Assembly: GCA_016700375.1 (NCBI GenBank)
Contig: CP065016.1
Location: 600,001-632,000, forward strand
Direction: 5' to 3'
Origin: Candidatus Saccharimonadota bacterium
GTDB lineage: Bacteria > Patescibacteriota > Saccharimonadia > Saccharimonadales > UBA4665
Length of the DNA: 32,000 bases
Part shown: positions 16,600 through 24,708 of the stretch, piece by piece
Layout: each line of letters begins with the position of its first letter
Position numbering within the stretch: position 1 is the stretch's first letter
Made by a program: the position numbers and the translations under genes
Notes under the pieces: generated by a model
Seen by the model: only the letters and a program-made list of their open reading frames with translations
Told to the model about the DNA's origin: nothing
The model's database searches: none

Positions 16600-17039
16600 T
16601 TCAGCTTAGCTCTTTACGGAGATATGCGTCAAGAGAAATGAAAAAGACTAGGGTTTAAAACGCGGCCGAAGGACGCCTAGAAATCATCGCATCAGCGATA
16701 CACCTGAGACGGCCATGCGTAAGCTCCTGGCTCAGATGTTGTCAGTCTCTACAACTCCCGATAGGCGATGCGAGTTGTTTGAAAGGAGGTAGTAGTTGCC
16801 TGCGGCAAGTACTACCGGAATGAGTTCTCGCATCGGTTGTAGAGCTGACAAGAGCTGACCAAGATGCTAGAGCTCTGGCCTGGTTTCTTTAGCCTTCTTT
16901 CTTTGGCAGCAAAGAAAGAAGGTCGTGGTGTGCGGACGAGACCGCACATGAGTGAGAAGATTCCTCTCTGCCGACTGGCGAATCAGAATGACGGAGGCAC
17001 ATGCACGAAAGCCCGCATTTACAGATAGCTAGAGCTAAT
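16600..17039. ncRNA. candidate structured non-coding RNA of unrecognised class
   Basis: No ORF of 60 aa or more on any frame across 440 bp. There is a perfect 13-bp stem at 16893-16905/16910-16922 with a GCAG loop and a 13-bp stem with one mismatch at 16788-16800/16804-16816. A stacked long-range helix (16739-16755 with 16836-16851, and 16766-16774 with 16827-16835) encloses that second stem. A 7-bp hairpin lies at 16929-16948. Confidence 0.4.
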
Positions 17040-17612
17040 TTAGAGGCTTTTATACGTTGGGTCGGTGTCTAGTGGGGCCCGGGAGCGTAAGAGGCGCTGA
17101 CCGTTAGAGTCAACAACCATGGCAACATCTTTGTAGCCGTTGTCTAGGTATAACTGAACTGTTTTTTGCTCTTCGGGCGTCGGTTCGACTGAGGTGTACT
17201 GTGCGGGCTGAGGGGTTTGCGCGACTTGCGGCTGCTGATACGGCTGCGCCGTAACCTGTGCAGTATCCTGTGGTTGCGAGACGGCTGGTTGCTGCTGCGC
17301 GGTGGCCACAATCTGGGGTGCCATGCCTTTTATTTCTACTTTTAGTGCCTCAAAGACATCGTTTACCACTTGCTTGTAGTTTGGCAGGTTGCTTTCGAGC
17401 CACTGGAGCGCCTGAGCCTGATTTTGGTCACCACCGGCGTCTATGAACCGCTCAAATTCTTCGAGCTGCTTGTCAGTCATTTGGTTGGCTAGTTGTGTTC
17501 CAACGCGTAACTCAAGTGTTTCATAAATGTGCTGGAGCATTGCCTTTTTCTGGTCTTCGGGCAGACTGCCCAGGCCAAGTTCTGCGAGAAGATTGTTATC
17601 TAGTTTTAACAT
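17040..17612 (-). CDS. hypothetical protein with a helical N-domain and a Q/P-rich linker (DUF5663-like, by recollection)
   Basis: MLKLDNNLLAELGLGSLPEDQKKAMLQHIYETLELRVG... is followed by QQQPAVSQPQDTAQVTAQPYQQPQVAQTPQPAQ. I chose the start ATG at 17612, which has TGGTATAAT 6 nt upstream. Confidence 0.7.
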   Translation of the reverse strand: MLKLDNNLLAELGLGSLPEDQKKAMLQHIYETLELRVGTQLANQMTDKQLEEFERFIDAGGDQNQAQALQWLESNLPNYKQVVNDVFEALKVEIKGMAPQIVATAQQQPAVSQPQDTAQVTAQPYQQPQVAQTPQPAQYTSVEPTPEEQKTVQLYLDNGYKDVAMVVDSNGQRLLRSRAPLDTDPTYKSL

Positions 17613-17702
17613 ACGGGAATTATACCACAAAATATATGGTTAACCACTGTTATATGAGCGTAGCGAACCAGTGCGTACGCGCTGGCTTTAGAGAGAGGAG
17701 AG

Positions 17703-17748
17703 TCTTTTTAGATTCATTCTAAAAAGATGAGGAGAGGCGAGCCTCTCC
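17703..17748 (-). terminator. tandem hairpins downstream of infB
   Basis: GGAGAGG-CGAG-CCTCTCC (17731-17748) lies directly after the infB stop codon (17753-17755). On the minus strand it is followed by TCATCTTTTT and a second 9-bp stem, TCTTTTTAG/CTAAAAAGA (17703-17727). Confidence 0.55.
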
Positions 17749-17752
17749 TATT

Positions 17753-19519
17753 TTATAGCGTCCTTTCCTTTGTCTCGACAACGTAAAATTCGAGCTTGTC
17801 GCCAATTTGCAACTCAATTCGTGTGTTCGTTTCGAGCTCAAGCCCACCGAGTTCACCCTCAACAAGGTCATTCGCTGCGTTTGGGCCACGTTTGAGGCCC
17901 TTTAGCTTCGCGTCACCAATCTGTTCTTTGCCACGCTTTACGCGAACCATAGCTGGCGCTGTTAGTTTGCCACTGAGGACTTCCCCGCCGCATATCACCT
18001 CTGTTTTCGTGGTTTTAAACACACCCTTTACCTCAAGTGCGCCAATCTCTTTTTCGGTTACTTCGGGTGCAAGAAGTTTGCTCAGCTCATTTTTGGCATC
18101 ATCTATGAGCTCGTAGATGACATTGTAAAGCCGTATCGAGACCTTATCGCGGTTCGCCAGACGCTTAATGTTGTTTGCCACACTCGTATTGAAACCGTAT
18201 AGTATGGCGCCGGTGCTCTTGGCGAGATGAATGTCGTTGTCATTTATGACGCCCACGCTCGAACCCGCAACCCGTACTGCCACTTCGTCGGTCTCTATGC
18301 TTTTGAGACTGTCTGCTACGGAGGTAAGCGAACCTTGCACATCCGCTTTGATAATAATAGGCAGTTCTTGAAGCTTGTCGGTACGACTAATAATACGGAG
18401 TAGTTCGCTGCTGCTCATATCGCTCCGGCTACTGCCATGAGCGCGCTCGGTGGCGACTACTGCCGCGCGCTCGCGGGCGTCGCGTTCACTAGCAACCGTC
18501 TCAAACTGGTCGCCAAACTCGGGTAGTGTCTTGAAGCCACTAATAATAACTGGGGTAGACGGGCCAGCACTCTTGATTGGTTTACCGGTCGTAGCGTCGA
18601 GGTTACGGACTTTTGCATAGGTACCGCCAGCCAGGATGAAATGCCCGACTTTGAGCGTTCCTTCTTCTATAAGTGCGTGGGCAATTGGCCCGCGGCCATG
18701 CTCGACATGCGCCTCTATAATAAGCCCGCGGGCAGATACCGTGGCATCGGCCTTCAGTTCGTCTATGTCGGCCACAAGCAGCACCGTGTCAAGCAAGTTT
18801 GTCAGGCCATCGCCCGCCTTAGCGCTAACCTCAACCATTGGCACGTCGCCACCCCATGCCTTGTCATCAGCAACCACACCATGCTCGGCAAGCTGTCCCA
18901 TGACAAGCCCGGGGTTAGCACCCTCTTTATCCATTTTGTTTATAGCAACAACTATTTTGGTACCAGCGTTTTTTGCATAGCGAATAGCCTCTATAGTCTG
19001 CGGCTTCACACCGTCATCGGCGGCAACCACAATGATAACAATATCGGTCAGGTCCGCGCCGTGCTGACGAATTGCTGCAAAGGCTTCATGACCCGGTGTG
19101 TCCAAAAAAGTAATTAATCGGTCTTTGTGCTCTACCTGGTAGGCCGAAATATGCTGGGTAATACCCCCGGCTTCTCCCTTGGCTACCTGTGCGCTCCGAA
19201 TGGCATCGAGCAAGCTAGTTTTACCGTGGTCAACGTGACCCATTACTGCTACCACTGGTGGTCGGTCGGTAGCATTTGCCGTTTGGGCGGCCTTTTGGCG
19301 CTTGACTGGTTCTATTTCGACCACTTTACGTGAAAGTTCCACGTCTAGACCAAGCTCACCGACAATAATCTGAGCGGTATCGAAGTCGAGCCGCTCATTT
19401 ATGGTGGCAACAACACCGTTTTTAAAAAGTTCACCAATAAGCCGCGTAGCAGGCAGCTGGAGCACTTCGGCAAGTTCGCCGACGGTGATACTATCTGGCA
19501 CTTCGATTGAGGCTGCCAT
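17753..19519 (-). CDS. infB: translation initiation factor IF-2 (short N-terminus)
   Basis: G-domain motifs are [17 protein letters not shown] and NKMD. The start ATG at 19519 is preceded by AAAGGAG with a 9-nt spacer. Confidence 0.93.
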   Translation of the reverse strand: MAASIEVPDSITVGELAEVLQLPATRLIGELFKNGVVATINERLDFDTAQIIVGELGLDVELSRKVVEIEPVKRQKAAQTANATDRPPVVAVMGHVDHGKTSLLDAIRSAQVAKGEAGGITQHISAYQVEHKDRLITFLDTPGHEAFAAIRQHGADLTDIVIIVVAADDGVKPQTIEAIRYAKNAGTKIVVAINKMDKEGANPGLVMGQLAEHGVVADDKAWGGDVPMVEVSAKAGDGLTNLLDTVLLVADIDELKADATVSARGLIIEAHVEHGRGPIAHALIEEGTLKVGHFILAGGTYAKVRNLDATTGKPIKSAGPSTPVIISGFKTLPEFGDQFETVASERDARERAAVVATERAHGSSRSDMSSSELLRIISRTDKLQELPIIIKADVQGSLTSVADSLKSIETDEVAVRVAGSSVGVINDNDIHLAKSTGAILYGFNTSVANNIKRLANRDKVSIRLYNVIYELIDDAKNELSKLLAPEVTEKEIGALEVKGVFKTTKTEVICGGEVLSGKLTAPAMVRVKRGKEQIGDAKLKGLKRGPNAANDLVEGELGGLELETNTRIELQIGDKLEFYVVETKERTL

Positions 19520-19563
19520 AGTAACCTGCTCCTTTCTGCCCGCCAAACGGGCCAACTATGAAT

Positions 19564-20634
19564 TTACTTAACACTCTTGAGACTGAGAGAGATTTTGCGT
19601 GCTTCGGTGTCTATATCGAGCACCTTGAACGTTTTCTTCTCATTCAGCTGGAAGATTTTCTCTGGATCCACACTGTCGTCATCGCCCATTTCACTGACGT
19701 GCACAAGCGCTTCGACGCTCGAGCTCAACTGGACAAATGCCCCAAATGGCGTAATACGCGTAATTTTACCCTCGACTTTTTCGCCCTTCTTAAAGGCTTT
19801 GACTTCTTTCAGCCAAGGGTCCTCGCTCATTTGTTTCAGGCTGAGACTCAGGCGGTCTTTGTCTATAGCGATAATCTTCGCCTTCACGGTTTCGCCGACC
19901 TTCACATAGTCGCGCGGGTTTTCTACGCGCTCCCAGCTAATTTCACTAATGTGAATAAGTCCTTCTATGCCATCAACGTTCATGAATGCACCAAAGTCAA
20001 TCACACCTGTTACAACACCTTCAACTTCGTCGCCGACTTTCAGCTCAGAGAACCGAGCCTGCATATCATCTTTGACGGCTTCCTTTTCAGAGAAGATGAG
20101 CTTGTTGTCTTTGCGGCTCACATCCAAAATACGAACACGCAGTGGTATAGCTGTTAGTGCGTTCAACTTTTGCAGTATTTCGTCTTTGTCTGCGCCACTG
20201 ACGCGTGGATAGTGCCCCGCCGCCAACTGTGACACGGGCAAGAAACCGCGTATGCCCTCTAGCTCGACAAGAAGTCCGCCACGATTTGCATCGTAGGCCT
20301 GGATATCGATGATTTCGCCAGCTTCAAACACGCGCTGGAGTTCATCCCAACCCCGGTCTTTCGCGGCCCGACGCATGCTGAGCAGTGCATAGCCCTCATC
20401 CATTTCGGGGTCTATGACGCTTACTGTCACTGGTGAACCTTCCTCGAGAGATTGGCCGTGGCCAACTTCGCGGCGCATGACAATACCAACTCCGCGCGGA
20501 CCCAAGTCTATCCAGACCTGGTGTTTCCGTACCGAGCTGATAGTTCCTTCGACGACGTCTCCTGTTTCGAGCTGTTTCAGCTCTGACTGCGCGAGCAAGT
20601 CATCCATTGTTAGATTAGTAGTAGTTTTTGGCAT
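19564..20634 (-). CDS. rpsA: 30S ribosomal protein S1 (four S1 domains)
   Basis: Four repeats of the S1 OB-fold pattern are visible (G.VVEGT..., GFLPVSQL, GAFMNVDGIEGLIHISE, GAFVQLSSSVEALVHVSE). AAAGGAGG lies upstream of the ATG at 20634. Confidence 0.88.
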   Translation of the reverse strand: MPKTTTNLTMDDLLAQSELKQLETGDVVEGTISSVRKHQVWIDLGPRGVGIVMRREVGHGQSLEEGSPVTVSVIDPEMDEGYALLSMRRAAKDRGWDELQRVFEAGEIIDIQAYDANRGGLLVELEGIRGFLPVSQLAAGHYPRVSGADKDEILQKLNALTAIPLRVRILDVSRKDNKLIFSEKEAVKDDMQARFSELKVGDEVEGVVTGVIDFGAFMNVDGIEGLIHISEISWERVENPRDYVKVGETVKAKIIAIDKDRLSLSLKQMSEDPWLKEVKAFKKGEKVEGKITRITPFGAFVQLSSSVEALVHVSEMGDDDSVDPEKIFQLNEKKTFKVLDIDTEARKISLSLKSVK

Positions 20635-20725
20635 GTTTCAAATGCCTCCTTTGTAGTGTATTTCTTCAGGGCTCGGTAACGGCAAGCAAGGCCTACGGCC
20701 ACCTCAACCTGTAAGATTGTGTGTA

Positions 20726-20938
20726 TTATATCTGTTTTTCGTCTGGAGGTAAAGGGGTTACGGTGTCCGTTGGTACGAGCGTGGCGTTAGCGGGTGGACT
20801 GACCGTCAGTTCTCTATAGACCGCTCCGACAGCAACCGTTCCCAGAATGACCAGTATAAATGGCTTGAGAAGCGGCGGAAGGTCCGACCAGCGCTGCCAA
20901 CAAACTCGCACATCGTGTTTTATGCGCTGAATATTCAT
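20726..20938 (-). CDS. small single-pass membrane protein (hypothetical)
   Basis: 70 aa with one hydrophobic helix, LLKPFILVILGTVAVGAVY. TATACT lies 8 nt upstream of the ATG. Confidence 0.5.
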   Translation of the reverse strand: MNIQRIKHDVRVCWQRWSDLPPLLKPFILVILGTVAVGAVYRELTVSPPANATLVPTDTVTPLPPDEKQI

Positions 20939-20991
20939 GCCACATCAGTATAAGTCATGCTACACTGAAAGCAACGAAATGGAGGGAACCG

Positions 20992-21804
20992 ATGTACATC
21001 TGCATCGATATTGGCGGCACAAAAACACTAGTGGCGAGCGTCACAAGCGAAGGGATTGTTACTGAGTCAGTAAAGTTCCCCACACCGGAAAAATACGAAC
21101 AGTTTCTCCCAGAACTGCAGAAGGCTGTTGAAAGTTTGTCAACAGATGATTTTCGTGCCGGCACAGTTGCGGTACCGGGCACGATTGACCGGAAGAGAGG
21201 GCGTATTAAGCAGCTCGGTAACCGCGAAAGCTGGCAAAATATCCCTGTTGCGCGTGACATAGAGAACATCACTCGGTGCCCCATGCTTATTGAAAATGAC
21301 GCAAAGCTCGCCGGCCTCAGCGAAGCTATGTTGTTAAAAGATACATACGAGCGAGTCCTGTATATAACCATCAGTACCGGTATAGGCATTGGCCTTACAG
21401 TGAACGGACGCATAGATAGTTCTCTTGGCGACGGTGGCGGCCGGACCATGCTGCTTGCGCACCGGGGAAAGCTCACTCCATGGGAAGATTTTGCGTCTGG
21501 AAAAGCAATTGTAAAAAAATACGGGAAAATGGCCTCCGAGCTTGAAGACCCTATTGCCTGGGGCAACATTGCCAGGACACTCACACCCGGGCTCATTGAA
21601 CTCATAGCCGTCTTAAACCCAGAGGTAATTGTTATTGGCGGCGGCGCTGGTCGGTATTTGCATAAGTTCAAAAAACCCCTCGTTGCAGACTTAAGACAAT
21701 ACGAAACTCCCGCCCTTCAAATTCCTCCTATTGTCGTCGCAAAGCGACCCGATGAAGCAGTAATATATGGGTGCTACGACTATGCCCGTCAACACCACGC
21801 CTAA
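20992..21804 (+). CDS. ROK-family sugar kinase (glucokinase-like)
   Basis: MYICIDIGGTKT (phosphate-1), ENDAKLAG and GIGIG are present. GGAGGGA lies upstream of the ATG. Confidence 0.88.
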   Translation: MYICIDIGGTKTLVASVTSEGIVTESVKFPTPEKYEQFLPELQKAVESLSTDDFRAGTVAVPGTIDRKRGRIKQLGNRESWQNIPVARDIENITRCPMLIENDAKLAGLSEAMLLKDTYERVLYITISTGIGIGLTVNGRIDSSLGDGGGRTMLLAHRGKLTPWEDFASGKAIVKKYGKMASELEDPIAWGNIARTLTPGLIELIAVLNPEVIVIGGGAGRYLHKFKKPLVADLRQYETPALQIPPIVVAKRPDEAVIYGCYDYARQHHA

Positions 21805-22261
21805 ATATTCCGACATTTTACCGCGTCTTCAGCGCGATTTTCCAGAACTGTCATTCGTGGAGTCAACGCAATTTTCATGGCACGCCGGCAGGCAGAATAT
21901 TGCATATAATAAAGCACGCTTAGGCGACGAACGAGGGGTATGGGCTATGCTACACGAGTTAGGCCACGCCCTGCTTCGTCACACGGACTACGAGAGTGAT
22001 GTAGAGCTACTGCAAATGGAGATATCTGCCTGGGAAAAAGCTCATGAACTAGCGAAAAAATATGGAGTTTCTCTCGACCAAGATTATATAGAAGACTGCC
22101 TAGACAGCTACCGCGACTGGCTGCATGTACGAGCTACCTGTCCGGCCTGCTTCGAGCGGTCGCTACAAACGACGCGTCACACCTATAGCTGCCACAATTG
22201 CGGAACGGTCTGGCGAGTCACCCGCAGCCGACTCTGCCGACCATATAGAAGGAGGGGCTAG
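21767..22261 (+). CDS. putative HExxH zinc metallopeptidase with a C-terminal zinc ribbon
   Basis: LHELGHALLRH is an ImmA/IrrE-like HExxH motif, and CPACF...CHNCG forms a zinc ribbon. The start is ambiguous (ATG 21767 or 21782) and both overlap the end of the ROK gene. Confidence 0.6.
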   Translation: MGATTMPVNTTPKYSDILPRLQRDFPELSFVESTQFSWHAGRQNIAYNKARLGDERGVWAMLHELGHALLRHTDYESDVELLQMEISAWEKAHELAKKYGVSLDQDYIEDCLDSYRDWLHVRATCPACFERSLQTTRHTYSCHNCGTVWRVTRSRLCRPYRRRG

Positions 22262-22452
22262 CCCCTCCTCGCGAATTCGAACTAAATTCGAATTCCCTCT
22301 CCTCCCCCTAAAGCTCGGCTGCCGCCTCGTTCGCTACACTCATGACATTTTTTACTTTTCACCCGATAAACGCATTTAACTTCTTATCATTTCACCTCAT
22401 AAATATAAGAATAGTCTCGAGTTCACTCCGAGACAGTCATGGAAACTTGCTT

Positions 22453-22488
22453 GAAAAAGAAGTCCGGCCTTCTGGCAGAAGACCGGAC
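22453..22488 (-). terminator. rho-independent terminator of the KGG gene
   Basis: On the minus strand the sequence reads GTCCGGTCTTCTGCCAGAAGGCCGGAC followed by TTCTTTTTC. Confidence 0.6.
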
Positions 22489-22545
22489 AATGAGAAAACA
22501 AGCCGAAGGGTCACCGCGTAGCGGGGCCGCTCATGTTTGTCTCTA

Positions 22546-22749
22546 TTAGGCCTTCTTCGTGCGACGGCTAATGCGTCCACCAATGGCACCGTACACACGA
22601 GCGCGCTCGCGGCCAGCTTCACCAGCGGCAAAGCCACCGGTTTTGCCATTTTTGCCACCTTTAGCGCCAATTTTGGCGTAGAAGTCGCTGCCGTACTTTT
22701 TCTTGTTGGTTGCTGCTGCGGCCATGCCGCCTGCTTTTGTTCCAGCCAT
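22546..22749 (-). CDS. KGG-repeat general stress protein (YciG/GsiB-like)
   Basis: MAGTKAGGMAAAATNKKKYGSDFYAKIGAKGGKNGKTGGFAAG...GAIGGRIS. The start ATG at 22749 is preceded by GGGAGGTG. Confidence 0.8.
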   Translation of the reverse strand: MAGTKAGGMAAAATNKKKYGSDFYAKIGAKGGKNGKTGGFAAGEAGRERARVYGAIGGRISRRTKKA

Positions 22750-22932
22750 GATAACACCTCCCAGTGTCTCTGCGTCAGGGTCGGACCCTGACGCAATCAT
22801 ATATGATATATTTGCTTCAAAAGAAAAGGGCCTCACCTGCTTTCACAAACAGATGAAACCCTCTTATCCTTTCGAATTACGCTTATACTATCACACCAAT
22901 TTGCTTATGTCAACACTTCCTGTTTATATAAG

Positions 22933-23229
22933 TTAGAACGGCTCATGGTGATGTACGAGCCACCAATATTTGGGTGGGAGTTTCCGACGGGCAAGCAGCC
23001 AATAATCAATATAGATGCACATAAAAAGGGTGGTTGCCACTAAACCAATCACAGTTGCTGCAAAGACATCACCTTGTCCTTTCGCGGTCTCAGCAAGCTG
23101 CTTCTGCTCAGGAAAACGCACACGCAACAACACACTTCCGTCAGCGTTCAGCTGCATGAGTGTCATTATGACGTCAGGAGTCGCATCATACGCTACCTGC
23201 ACTTTTACCGTTTCATTCAAATGAATAAC
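22933..23229 (-). pseudogene. C-terminal fragment of a bitopic membrane protein split by the IS insertion
   Basis: The tracked ORF begins at a TTG with no ribosome-binding site. Reading upstream in the same frame gives V-I-H-L-N-E-T, and the V-I codons are the left copy of the target duplication AATAAC. The fragment ends with a TM helix followed by a basic stretch. Confidence 0.65.
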
Positions 23230-24135
23230 ACCTGAATCACGAAACTACCCTCATCTGGTAGCCAAGTAAGACTCGTAGATAATGGACAAAGTACCCCTGC
23301 ACACTTCTCGGGAATGAGGTGACGAGGTGCTTGTGCTCTTTGAGGTAGTCAAAGACAGCTTCAATCTTTGGCCTGAGCGTCAATAACAGATGTTGCCAGC
23401 TGGCCATGACTTGTTTTCGTTGCTTGTAATGGGGCGGTGCAACAACAATAGTTTTGTACTGTTCCCAGAGCCGCCTACGCTGTACGCTACCACCGTAGTG
23501 GCTGTCGCCAACGAGTATCCTGGTGTGTTCATTTGCAAGTTGTTCCTCGGCCTGATTGTCGTGCTGGTCTGCTGGCGTAAACACCACCGCACAGAGCCGG
23601 TTGAGATGATCAACACTCGCGTGTAACTTAAAACCATAATGGTAGCCCTGCCAGTTCTTACCGAAAGCAGCAACAGCTTTGGCTACCTTGTGTCGCTCGG
23701 CCCGAATGAGCTTACAGACGGGCAGCATAGTAGAATCCGCGAAACGCACCTCCGACGAGATCTGTAATGTCAGTTGTAGCAGGTAGACGAGTTGTTCTAG
23801 GTTGCGGTGCGCTTGCGCAACAAAGTTCTGGTACTTTGGAAGCTTCGGAAAGTAGTCTGGGTAGTCTCGTTCAATCCATTTGTATAGGTCTTTGAGTGGT
23901 CGGTGGCTTTCAGTCAAACCATCCCAGATGAGGATGGTAATGAGTTCACTGTCGCGCAGTACCGGTGGCCTGCCAGTTTTCCCGACTGCGGTTTGTTGGA
24001 GTGTGTCATCTACCCAAACGTACACGTCTACGATATGCTGTTTTTGTAATTCGCGCATTTGTTTTCTCCTGTTTGTTTTACCACTACAAGAGTAACAGAG
24101 GCGCGATTTACTTTAGGGAGTTTCGTGATTCAGGT
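23230..24135 (-). mobile_element. intact IS982-family insertion sequence (906 bp)
   Basis: There are perfect 17-bp terminal inverted repeats: ACCTGAATCACGAAACT at 23230-23246, and its reverse complement at 24119-24135. A 6-bp direct repeat AATAAC flanks the element (23224-23229 and 24136-24141). It carries a single transposase ORF. Confidence 0.85.
23237..24058 (-). CDS. IS982-family DDE transposase
   Basis: The protein is 273 aa with ADSTMLPVCK, GYHYGFKLH, VGDSHYGG and RPKIEAVFDYLK, which is the IS982/IS4-superfamily pattern. CAGGAG lies upstream of the ATG at 24058, and the stop codon lies inside the left IR. Confidence 0.88.
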   Translation of the reverse strand: MRELQKQHIVDVYVWVDDTLQQTAVGKTGRPPVLRDSELITILIWDGLTESHRPLKDLYKWIERDYPDYFPKLPKYQNFVAQAHRNLEQLVYLLQLTLQISSEVRFADSTMLPVCKLIRAERHKVAKAVAAFGKNWQGYHYGFKLHASVDHLNRLCAVVFTPADQHDNQAEEQLANEHTRILVGDSHYGGSVQRRRLWEQYKTIVVAPPHYKQRKQVMASWQHLLLTLRPKIEAVFDYLKEHKHLVTSFPRSVQGYFVHYLRVLLGYQMRVVS

Positions 24136-24708
24136 AATAACTACTTGCTTGCCCTCGGGCCAAAAACGTACTGTTATTGAGTCAGTGTCGACAGAGATAA
24201 CTTCCAGCGTGCGGTCGTGCAGCATGCTTGACTCACCCGTCAGTCGAAAAGCGTAGCGCGTATTTGGTGGGGCCAGCAGTACATACCCCCCTGGCGGCTG
24301 AGAAGCAGGGTCAGACGAAAGAAATATAGTCTGCTGTCGTAAAAAGAGCTTAGCGGCTTCACCTTCAGTTGGCAACGCAAATGGAGATGCATACTTATTC
24401 TTCGGGAGAGATTGCTGCTTTAGGGGTGAAACCAAATACCCGCATCCAGGCGACAGCACATAGCTCGTCGAACCATCGTTGTGAATAACTGTTGTAAGTA
24501 CGCAGCTTATCTGCCGTATCACCTGCTTGACTTTTACTACGCTAAGAGCATTGACGCCCGCCGGGATACTAAGGACTATGAGCATCAATAAAACCATGGC
24601 CACCATGGTGCCAGGCGTATATTTATATCGCAAACGCGTATAGTCTGTCCATTTTGCTGTGTAGTTTCTGGTGGTGAATAAGCGACAAGTTGTTGGCCGT
24701 TTTTTCAT
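24136..24708 (-). pseudogene. N-terminal fragment of the IS-split membrane protein
   Basis: The start ATG at 24708 overlaps the stop codon of the upstream giant gene in an ATGA arrangement. The N-terminal TM helix is MVAMVLLMLIVLSIPAGV. The present ORF terminates at a TGA supplied by the IS right IR (24130-24132). Confidence 0.65.

Noticed and set aside
16600-17039. Assignment of the ORF-free region to RNase P RNA, tmRNA, SRP RNA or 6S RNA
   Set aside because: On either strand I found none of the following: a GAGGAAAGTCC / ACAGAA-GGCTTA P4 signature, a tRNA-like 3' end with a T-arm and CCA, or a GGAA-capped SRP domain IV motif. 6S RNA cannot be judged from primary sequence. The region is kept only as an unclassified candidate.
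20955-21671. 238-aa minus-strand ORF antisense to the ROK kinase gene
   Set aside because: It lies entirely within a gene that has clear ROK motifs on the other strand. The translation is Ser/Pro/Phe-rich, has no recognisable domain and lacks a ribosome-binding site.
22247-22310. Perfect 20-nt palindrome AGGAGGGGCTAGCCCCTCCT containing the stop codon of the HExxH gene, plus the adjacent GAATTCGAA...TTCGAATTC hairpin, considered as a special regulatory device
   Set aside because: The most economical reading is a pair of terminator-type hairpins at the end of a plus-strand gene that faces a convergent gene. No further evidence supports a distinct function.
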